A program made the position numbers and the translations under genes. A stretch of DNA of 63,441 nucleotides, filler included, from Kipferlia bialata (taxonomy: Eukaryota): assembly GCA_003568945.1 (NCBI GenBank). It is 4 parts of 4 records of this genome, joined end to end, with 100 filler letters (N's around TTAATTAATTAA, not from the genome) between each part and the next. Parts side by side here need not be neighbours in the genome. Positions count along the whole stretch, not along the records: positions 14,310 to 41,722 come from BDIP01000169.1; 3 more parts are not named here. One strand, 5' to 3'. Below, piece by piece: positions 27,301-37,656 of the stretch (positions are counted from its first letter, which is position 1; every line of letters starts with the position of its first letter). A model generated the notes under the pieces. The model did no database searches and had not been told where the DNA came from. It was given only the letters and a program-made list of their open reading frames with translations.

Positions 27301-29065
27301 TCCGGCCAGACTATCAGAAGGTTAGAACAGATATACATATTTCCCTTCTTAGTCTAACCATCGTGTAGTATCTCACATCAGGGCGAGGCACACTGCCAAG
27401 AAGAGCACTGCCCCCACTAACGGATCCAGCTTCAAGAAGAAGGGGTTCAAGCTGACAGTTGCCTCCATTCCCACATTCACGCTGCGGCCCCTTGACACCC
27501 TACCCTTCTACCTCGCAGACCCCACCATTCCACCCCTACTCTCTGTCTTCGAGGCCTCTCCCTCTGGTGCAGTGCTGGAGGACAACGAGCATGTTATTGA
27601 CCTGGCTAGGTTTGGGGTTGTTAGCAAGAGAGATGCCGAGGGGGCACTAGGTGCATGTATAACCTTCGACGGAGATACACGACGTCTCTACCTAGGAGGT
27701 GTAGAGAGAGACATGCGGGCCAAGCACAACTTCCCATCACTGCAGCTCCAGGTATACTCTATATACTATGTATTCCTCTCTATCTTGAATCTAGTGTTCG
27801 CTCTCACTGGCTTCTCTACTTACCTTCAGATATCCCTGCCGCAGCTACGGGTCCAGTCCCATACAAGAGTGGATGAGAGGGAGAGAGGGAAGGGCAGAGA
27901 CAGGAAGGGCAGGGGTGCAGACACAGTCGTGCCAGAGTCCCTAGCTGGGTACAACAATCAGTGCCTTACACTCATACTCGACTCCCTTGGGCTTGGTCTC
28001 ATGAGTGGACCCAGTGGAGTATCGTGTAACTTCCAGGTATATCGTACAATGACTACACGGCTTTTGTATTCGTGTAGTATGTGAGTCTAACCATCAGTGC
28101 AAGTCTGTCAGGCTGATATGTGATGACATGCGTCTGAGTCCCAAGCACAGGAAGCAGACACTCATGCACCTGACAGATACAGCCACCCTGCAGGTATCAG
28201 TTACTCAGTATCCACTATTCATGGTCAGTATATGCACGCTCTCTCTTATGTGTAGGGGGGTAGTGCACTATTCATCACCACTCTCTCCATCTTCGTGTAC
28301 AGTAGTCTCCTAACCCCCAGTCCCTCCGCAACACCTTGATCAAGAGATCACAGCCTTGTGTAGTGTATTCCTATCATATTACTCCTCCTTTTCTAACATC
28401 CAGTCCCTGCGCAACACCTTGATCAAGAGAAGTGGCAGCCGGTCTGGGTCGGGTATCACAGTCAGCCTGGACGGGGCTAGGTACGTGTGTGTAGTACCTA
28501 TACTATATGGTGGATACCATATACATATATACTTGGTCTGGGTCTGGTGTATCACAGTCAGCCATACTAGGGACTATTAGGGGACAAGGTATGATACACT
28601 CTAAATATATATATTGGGGATGGGTGAATTGTGTTTCTTTATCCTTCTCACCTCCAGTCTTGTTGGACGTGGAAGGCGCTGTCTGAGGGTAGAGGAAATA
28701 GCCGTGGACATGGGTGGTCTCTACCTCTGCGTGGGGCACTCAAGAGTCATGCAGGTTAGTCGAAAACCTATTTCTACACGATACTGGTTTGGCACTTACG
28801 ATAGATTCTCCTGAGAGAGGGCACCGCTTTAGCCTCTGCCTGGCGGTATGGGGCAGCCGCAGAGGAGGAGGTCCCCCTGTTACTGCCCTCCATACCCCCT
28901 AGACCCTCTGTGACTCTGGACGGAGTGCCACACAAGCACAACGATACATCGCTGCTAGGTATGTGGATTTGCCATTTTCTCTTTCCCACTTATCTTCCCT
29001 TTCTATGCATCTGTGTGTTACTAACCCCAAGGCACCATGTCCTGCATTGGCTCCCTCTCTCTCTA

Positions 29066-29102
<37 letters not shown>

Positions 29103-29158
29103 GTGTTACTAACCCCTAGGCACCATGGCCTACATTGGCTCCCTGTCTGTCTCTGTCA

Positions 29159-29197
<39 letters not shown>

Positions 29198-30124
29198 GTT
29201 AACCCTTAGGCACCATGGCCTATATAGGCTCCCTGTCTGTCTCTGACACCCCCATCCTACTGACACTGCACATGGCTGGGTTCATGTCAAAGGTATCGTA
29301 TATACATATAGATATATATAGATAGACAGAAAGATATTGGTAGGTATATATAATTGTGTGTATCATATGTAATACGTCTCAGACACCCCCATCCTGTTGA
29401 CTCTGCACATGGCAGGGTTCATGTCGAAGGTACATTGATTTATATAGATAGATAGATATTGATGGGTATATATGTATGTGTGTGTATACTATACTACTGA
29501 CACTGCACATGGTAGGGTTCATGTCTACGTTATTAGTCACCACGTTTCTTCTGATTACCATCAGGACGCCTCTATTGTACCTTCCATATCTATGACTATA
29601 TCTCTATATGAGATGATGTACTCTTATATATATCTGGTCGATTCTGTTCTCTCACCCTCAGGGCCTGCCCCTAAAGTTCATCCGGACAGCTGCTCTGGCT
29701 GCCACGACCACAATTGACAAGGTACACTAATACTCATTATCTACGCGGTGTTGTCTACAAGGTACATCATACCGCTGTGTTGTCTACAAGGTACATCATA
29801 CCGCTGTGTCTTCTGACTCCAGGCCTTCATCCAGCTCCCCACCCTCTATGCATCCGGCATGTTCTGTTCTCTACTCGACGCGTCAGAGGCCATTTACAAG
29901 ACATACAGGACTCAGGTAGAGTCAATTGGTATCCCCTTTACCATCAATTCCTCATGTCATAATAGTTCTGTCTTCCTTCTCCTTCCTTACTCTAGGCCCT
30001 CCACAAGGCGGGTAACCTCCTGGGTATAGTGTCTTCCACACCCATTCTCTCTGCACCTGCTAGGGCCTTTGGAGGTATTAAGGGTCTAGTGTCAGTGAGG
30101 TCTGGGGATCCCAATGAGATATAG
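14329..30124 (+). CDS. VPS13: VPS13-family bridge-like lipid transfer protein (many exons, extreme 5' end missing)
   Basis: Chorein_N-like exons VVSISIDGVYCLL and IFTLEVDVSNVHVR|VESMDGSDSACVGMVL are followed by a long beta-strand-rich body. VAB/SHR-BD-type repeats include EYRLHNATNVPF, DLVNETLMPL, FRLLNEST, PYLIRNH, IHVVNHT and PPYRVTNKTRRTLHIRQ. The C-terminus is IYKTYRTQ|ALHKAGNLLG...PILSAP, with stop at 30122-30124. Confidence 0.88.
16341..16612 (+). repeat. Three 66-nt synonymously recoded copies of a VPS13 exon tail
   Basis: 16341-16406 (exon), 16445-16510 and 16547-16612 all encode (V/I)G(T/A)VEVLPEGAADALLRVPILK. Confidence 0.95.
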
Positions 30125-30436
30125 TCCCTGGGATATGGTGTTTGGGTTGATTTATCTGTGTTTGCCTGTTTGTGTCCGGTGTTTCTGCGTATGTTTCATT
30201 GTTTGAGTGTCTTGTGTCGAGTTTGCATTGTTGCAATATAAATTAGATGTACACTGAGGTATCGATGTCATGTATTGCTGTTACAGTATCAGTCATGCTC
30301 TGATATACACGCTCTGGGCACTGTCTAGTAGCCAAGAATCATTACAAATCCTTGTCCGATTCTCCGACCAGAAATATGAACACCAAAGAAAGGGGTGCAG
30401 ATCAGAGCAGATGGCTCCTTCCTCTCTGTGATATAT

Positions 30437-33400
30437 ATGGGCAAGTGTCCTATCTGTTTGGCTGGGCGTGTGCCGTCCCCTCTGTACCCCCCCAATTCGA
30501 GTGCAGAGGGATTTGTGCAGGTGTGTTTGGGAGAGACTTGCAGGCTAGTGAGTGATGCCATGCAGTATGGGGAAGAATCAATCCAGATGCAAGGAGCACT
30601 CATGGCCATTGAAATGCATACCCTGCAGCAGGGCCGCCCTATGCGTCGTGCTTGTGTTTCGATAGGTGTGTGGTATTTGGATGCGAGCTCTTAGTAACCC
30701 CCCCCCCCCCCCTCTTATCCATCTCAAACATTCAGTCAGTTTTTGATGTAGAATAGACTATGTTAGACTATTCACTTACTCTAACCACTCACCCCCCATG
30801 TCCACGGGCCCTGATACGCAGTGGGATTTACCAGCAACTATGCGATCTGCTGAGGCACCACGGACATCTCCCAGGGGTGTCAGTGTTCTGTATGCTCTCC
30901 CTTGGAGTCACATGCACAGGTGGGTACCGGACCCCATTGTATCTACAAACTTAGTAGTAAATTACTACTAGTATATCATTCCGGAAGTGTCCGTTTTATA
31001 GGGTTTTTCAATCAATTGTCTCTTCTTCGCCCACCTCAGGCATCACCCCGCGCCACTGCCACTGTGGGGTCCAGGCCCATCTGGAGGCATACAGGAGGGA
31101 AGGTATGGGTGTCTGCTGGGTGCTCTCCCGATATATAGTATGAAGTCTCTCGCATTATATGTATATACCTCCAGCATCCGTCATCCCGCTTCCATATATA
31201 CCTACTCCTTACCCCATATCAATATCACTTACTACATCAGTCATGGAAATACCTCTCCCTCTCCCCCCCCCCCCCCCTCTTTGAGAAAGGTCACCAATAT
31301 TTACATGCAATGCGTACACTCTGCATACCCAAACGATGTTGTGCGTTGGATATATGTGTGTTTCTATCCTACAAGCAGACAGTATCTCTGATAAGATATT
31401 GTCCTCACTCGTACCCCCCCTCACCCTATAGCACTATCACTGACTCGGTATAGTATACCAGCTTCTACCATATGCCCTCTCTCCGACTCAGACTTTGTGA
31501 GTTTGTCCTATGTCAATCCAACCCCCAGACGCCTTTGTGCACAAGGCCCTGATAAAGAGTGGCATCATTCCTCTCTTCCTGGAGACCGCTGAGAGGTGTC
31601 CCTACCCAGATGTGGTGCTCAATGCATTAATCGGGATGGTTATATATATATATATATAATTATATATATATATATGGATGTCTCAGACAGGTAGAGTATC
31701 AGATGTAGTGGTCAGACACATTTGTAATCCACCCCCCCCCCCCCTTCTCCCTTACGACCTGATGTGGCTGCTCACCCCAGAGTCCACACTCCCAGCAATG
31801 GTGTCCCCTGGTGTACGTGAGTTCATAGTGAAGACTCTCACCCGCACAGACTCCCCATCCAGCCTCTGCATAGAGCAAGCGTGTATGCTGTGGAGAAGCA
31901 TCAGAGAGTACCTGTCCGGTATGTGCTTTGCTATTATGTCAATCACACTCTGATGTTGCAGTTGATCTCTGATCTCAGCCCACTCCGACACTTCATGCCG
32001 CCTCCCTCTCAGTGTGATCACCTCCATAGTACACCTGCTTCGGCAACGCATCGACGACGATGACGAGACAGTGCACTCTATGATGGAGAACCTACACAGT
32101 GTCGTCACTGACCCAGGTCAGTATGCTCCTACTATACCTGCATCCACATTTTGCAGCAATCCCTCTCTGCAAATATATAGTATCACTATACAATTTTTTG
32201 GTATCAGTATACAAACATATAGTATGTAATACATACTATGTATATGTAGAGAATGTATAGTGTGTAGATAGAATTCATATATGTATATACATGTATATCT
32301 ATGTAGGAATGTCCTGTATATATCCTCATGACAGAGTACCGGGGGCATGCTGTCTCTGTGGGGGCCCATACTCTCGCACTACGTGTGCTATCATCCCGTG
32401 CTAGCTCAGAGACACTCTCATACAGCGCTCTTGCCCTGTTGTCGACATTAACAACGGGTAATGAGAACTGACACAAATACCTCAATACTGCGTAGTAACA
32501 ATTGGCAATTATTCATCACACCTCTGACAATCCAGATGCCACTGCAACCACTCATCGACTGATCCGTGACGCGGGGGTGGCCCCTGCATGCCGGGACGCC
32601 ATGCGAGCTCACCCTTGGTCTCCTGGTATCGTAACCGGTGTCATTGTGACACTGCAGCGCATGACCGAGTCGGGTATACAGTGTATACTATACACACTAC
32701 ACACTACTCACACAGTCAAGGCTACTACGTTGTGCCTTGAAGCTCTATTAGGACAACTAGTTATGTGATCGTATTAAGTAGAGTCACACTAATCCTAGAT
32801 GTCACCAGACCCTACTTAATCTCTCTCGGGTGTCACAAGTGGGCCGTGCAGCAGATGTCCAGTCACCTCCAGGTATTCACTGGATACCTGAATCCGATTC
32901 AGTATATATATATATATAGTATACATATTTAGTATGTTTATGTCCTCCACGTGTGGCAGTTCCACGGTATCCATAGTTCCGTTCAAACATTACCCCAGAA
33001 CCCCGAAGTCGTGAGTGTTACAAGCGACCTTATACTGGAACTGCACCAAGGTATATACTATGTTGTGTGATATTGAGTGACTATACCAGTGTCTATTAAT
33101 CCATAAATCACTCTACTTACTAAATGACACCCAGAGCGTCACTCCGCCACGCTATTCGACTCCCACTTGCTAGTACCCGCCGTGAGTAAGTATCTCATGG
33201 AGCCTGACAGTCTGCGTACCCTGGTGGCAGCCATGAACTACCACATGGACACCACCGGGAGAACTGGGTCAATCATGGCCACTCTGCACCTCCTACTCTC
33301 TAAGCGTACGTTTCCTTTCGCTAATGATTGCGTTTATATGTAAACCCACCATAATGTAGAACACTCACTCCAGCCGAGTACTACCCACGTCTCAAGGAGT

Positions 33401-34468
33401 ACAACATCCCCGAATGCGTAGAGAGGTAGTTGTGTGACTTCACATCTCTGTCTCGCAATCTCACTCGACAGCGTTACGTATCATGAATACCAATATTCCT
33501 CGTCTATTGACACAAGGTTCAGGAGGGGTCACACAGGCACGGAGGCGGAGCGCCGTTACGCCGAAGTTGTTTGGGTATGTAAAGGCTACTCCTATTACAG
33601 TGAGTCTCTACAATAATGTTTCGATTCATTATTCCTGCAAGGTAATGTCTCTGAATACTGACCTCAGGATTCTGCCGCCAATGCCGAGTTGCACCAGCTT
33701 AAAAGGGACATTTCAGAGGCACATGCTGCTTCTGAGTCCCTGATACTCTCGGATGCCGACCTAGAGACTCTCATTGTTGACCACTGTGGCAAGTCCTACC
33801 TCGGCAGTCGCAAGGGTACTGCTAGCGCATCCCTTTCCACCAGGACCCTCCCACCTATGTGTGCCAGAGTACTCTACCTTCCAGAGCAGGGGGAGAGGTG
33901 GGTCGCAGGGTTCTGCTCGAGGCTGGAGGAGAGTGGTCTTTCTGTCCTCAACGTGATGGCCTCCAAGAACCCTAGTGCTCTCAAGAAGGCTCTAGCCAAC
34001 CACCCACAGGTGTTAGTGTGCACACATCACACTGCTCTTGCCAAGGAAAGGTCCAAGCCACACAGACTTCACATGTGTGTGTGGAGGGAGATGGTCAGGC
34101 TGGGGGTGACTGTGAGGGCATTCATGTTCTTGGATGAGGTGTGAGATATATCATATATTCACTCTGTTGTGCAATAAGACAGCCCCTGAGCTACAAGTAC
34201 CTTGACAGACAGGACAGTGTGGCCGACGATGAGGCTTCAGCCCGTGCCATGTACAGCCACCTCGCTCAGACGGTGCTGACCCACTACCTGGAGAAGCAAA
34301 CACCAGAGACACAGCAGGAGATGAGGAGAGAGGGTGGGTAGTGTGCAGTATATTCCGTGTGTTCACTTCACGATCCAACCAACCTCAGGCAACACCCTGC
34401 AGTGCCTGCCAGCGGGCAGGTACTTCGAGGAGGTGTGGGGAGAGGCATGCGTTAGCATCATGGAGTAG
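30437..34468 (+). CDS. Armadillo-repeat protein with C-terminal TIR-like domain (gene A)
   Basis: ARM-like exons include RALIRSGIYQQLCDLLRHH, KALIKSGIIPLFLE, RLIRDAGVAPACRDAMRAHP and SLRTLVAAMNYH. The C-terminal alpha/beta domain reads RVLYLPEQGERWVAGFCSRLEESGLSVL...CVWREMV...TLQCLPAGRYFEEVW, with stop at 34466-34468. Some internal exons are not fully resolved. Confidence 0.6.
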
Positions 34469-34826
34469 TGATACTGGGGACACATATGTGAGGAGGCAGT
34501 GAGTCTGGGTTAGTCTCTAGCACATATAGAGGTCAACGTAGAACAAGGGATATCTGTCTGGAGTGACTCCAGACTATAGAGTCCATTATAATCTCTCGTG
34601 GACATGCATATATGGAATGAATAGTGACCCACCATTCGTGGGTCAGAATAGTATTCTTTTGACTCCTCTTCCTCCCTGCACAAATCCTAGCACGACGCTC
34701 TAAGCTCCTTGTTGTTGTATGCCCCTCCTGAACATAAGTATATCCTGTACTATACAGAAAGTATACAGTGCATTCTCTAACTTTAATAGTGCTTGGGTTC
34801 CATTTCGATACAGTAATAGCTCTACA

Positions 34827-34905
34827 ATGGCGTGTTCAAAGGGATACAGTGTTTGTGGCCTAGTCTGTGTGGATACTGATACAAATGCTGATGCTGGTGC
34901 TGGGC
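34827..34905 (+). pseudogene. Degenerate copy of the first exon of the gene at 37086
   Basis: MACSKGYSVCGLVCV here versus MTCSKGCSVCGMVCV at 37086; similarity is lost after that. Confidence 0.4.
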
Positions 34906-35241
34906 CTCACGCTAGCAGGGTCTCTCGTATGGAACGCGTTCACAATCGGGGCGTGTTAGCTTGTAGTATTCATACCTGTCTCTCAATATTCAATATAGGA
35001 TATTTTGATTCTTTGGGTTCAGGCGAATTGGCTCCACTACATCGAATGAACTTACTGTTAGAGAATTCTGTATACTGTGAGGTGATGCCATCTATTTAGC
35101 TGCATGGTGCTGCTTTCACTCATCGGCATTCTACCTACCTATCATCAGGGCTCATAGCGCTCTCTTCTTTCTTCACACGCAGCTGGAACCTCCAACAGCT
35201 ATCTAAACCACAGCCTCGCCACCCAGTCGACCAGGAACAAT

Positions 35242-36177
35242 ATGCCTCGTGGGAGGTCGGCATTTGTACGTCACGTTAGCGCGTGGCCAGTTCCCCATTG
35301 GGGGGTCCAGATGTACTCTGGTCACAACAGCTTGTTGCTAAAGGAAGGTTGGTGTGGGGACGTAAACCTCATCACGCTGATCACCGATACCGACAACCTG
35401 CAAGTTGAGAGCCTCCAGATTCCCAAGGCTTTGGTCCCTGATCTGTACTTTTGTGAGGCAGGTATTGTGTACCCGGTCCGTTGCAGATTTGACCAAACCC
35501 TGCCTTTGGACTGTGTTGGGGCTCGTGGTGCCCATAATACAAGACACCAGTCCATCGCCCCCAGCCCCATCAACTGGGACGCTGTATATGTACAGAAGGT
35601 GTGTACACTTGGGAACCACTGCTACCTCACGCTGGAAGCAAACGATACAGACAAGGAGGAGATGAGCACTGGAGTATGGTGCTTCGACCCAGAAGGTGAG
35701 GGTCAGAGGATAGTGCGTCATAGCGCCAAAGTGCCGGAGTTTCACTACGCCTGCCCAGATCGTCTGTGTGTGATTGGCAACAGAGCTTATACCATCACAG
35801 TAGATGGGTATATGGTATGGTTCCACCCTGAGACTGGCTGGGGTGGTCCCGAGGCTCTAGTGAACCACAAGTATCTTGCGTTGGTTGGTATGGTTCCTGT
35901 TGGACACCTCATACTCATCACTACATCTGATAGGGTCACAGCACACTCACCCTACCCATGGTATGTATTCGATACCATTTCTGGTGAGATTGGCAGGCTC
36001 GCAGACGAGACTTTCGTGTGTGGGAAGTATCTGTTCTACCCAGCCCTGGCACTGGTGCCCACAGTCGGTTCCGATCCAGAACTCCACTTCATCGACCCTT
36101 CCCTCGAGTATCCGCACCCCGACCTGAGATGGGGCATCATTCCACCAGGGGAGGTGGTCACAGGAGATGAAGACTGA
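35242..36177 (+). CDS. Intronless 311-aa divergent kelch/beta-propeller-like protein
   Basis: Clean ORF with repeated blades CTLGNHCYL...VWCFDPE, CVIGNRAYTI...WFHPETGW and VPVGHLILI...VFDTISGE. Confidence 0.6.
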   Translation: MPRGRSAFVRHVSAWPVPHWGVQMYSGHNSLLLKEGWCGDVNLITLITDTDNLQVESLQIPKALVPDLYFCEAGIVYPVRCRFDQTLPLDCVGARGAHNTRHQSIAPSPINWDAVYVQKVCTLGNHCYLTLEANDTDKEEMSTGVWCFDPEGEGQRIVRHSAKVPEFHYACPDRLCVIGNRAYTITVDGYMVWFHPETGWGGPEALVNHKYLALVGMVPVGHLILITTSDRVTAHSPYPWYVFDTISGEIGRLADETFVCGKYLFYPALALVPTVGSDPELHFIDPSLEYPHPDLRWGIIPPGEVVTGDED

Positions 36178-37085
36178 TAGCAGCCTTCCAGGTGAGGCAA
36201 GTGGGGCACCCATCGACGTCTAGGCATGGCACCGACTAGAGAGAGACGAGGAAGCGACTGGAGCTGGTTGCGAGAGCTACCGCCTAGTTATTGTACCAGT
36301 CCTGATTCAGGAAAGTGAAGAAATCTTTTAACAAACCGGTCGCGCCCAGCTTTCAAAGCAGAATTACTTAGAAATTGTATTCTAGTGTATGCGGTTGGAC
36401 AAATATCCGTTTTCAAGTGTATGCCACTATTATTTGCATATACACTGACTCTAGTTGAGCTGTATAAAATGTAGAATGTGTAAACTGTGTGAAACATCCA
36501 AGAGACAGTGTGACCTGAAGCCACTTTTCACCCTGTGGCTTTATCGTCCTGATTCATTCTACATACAGCCACGATACTAAAGCGCCCTCTTCCTTCAATC
36601 AAAGAGGTTGAACTACAAACAGCGTTCACAAAGCCGTTCAGACCAGCGAGCAATACGCATATACCTGATGCTTTGTGGGACTTCAGTATTCGTAGGTGAG
36701 CTGTCAATTTGACAGTGTCAAAGACGGTGTTGATATCATGTATCACTGATACAGTATCAGTCATACTCTGTTATATATATCCACTCTATCCCCAGTATAG
36801 TACCAGAAAATACACTTGCAATGATATTTACTGCTCCTCCAGGAACCTGTCTGCAAAGGGTCTCAGAAAGGGTCTAGTAATTTTTGTTCAATGCCTACAC
36901 GGAACACCTCTTCTCTGACAAGTCTTCCGTTATGTCTAACAAGTAGTCACCAGAGCAAATAAGGGTTCTGATCGTGGCTGACAAGTTGTTCACTTTCGTG
37001 CAACCTACATGTCGAGAGTTTTGGACGCGATGATGAGAAAGCAGAGCGATGCTGAATACCCTCTTTAACCTATATTTCCTTGATA

Positions 37086-37557
37086 ATGACGTGCTCCAAG
37101 GGATGCAGCGTGTGTGGCATGGTGTGTGTGGGCTTCATGCTGGCTGGGTCTCTGATATGGACTGCCTTCATGGTCGGGGCCTGGCAGCTTGTCAAGGCCG
37201 TGGTACGTCTCTTCTCTTCTCCCATGCCACCTCTCCTACCATTTCTACCACTTATGTGGAATGTATGTCTTGTATGATGCATAATTGTCCTTTCTATGTG
37301 GCACATACCCTTATCCACTCTCTTGAATGCTTGTATCTCATTCCAACCCCAGAGTGACTCCTACACGCTTGAGACAGGGACTGTCGTAGGTGAGAGACAC
37401 ACATATATTTGGCCCCTCTCTCTCTCTCGGCCTCAGCAGGCATTTTCACTATATCTCTATCCTGCATAAGTGTCAACATTCAATCTCTATTTCTCTCTCT
37501 CTCTCCCATACTCCGAACCTGTCACTGTCCTTTCTCTCTCTCTCTCTCATGTCAGTT

Positions 37558-37605
<48 letters not shown>

Positions 37606-37612
37606 GTCAGTT

Positions 37613-37656
<44 letters not shown>

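Noticed and set aside
36288..36764. Two same-frame minus-strand ORFs split by one TGA, and a RING-like ECVNC...PCG on the plus strand
   Set aside because: Composition is atypical, there is no splice structure and the motif is incomplete, so there is not enough to call readthrough or a pseudogene.
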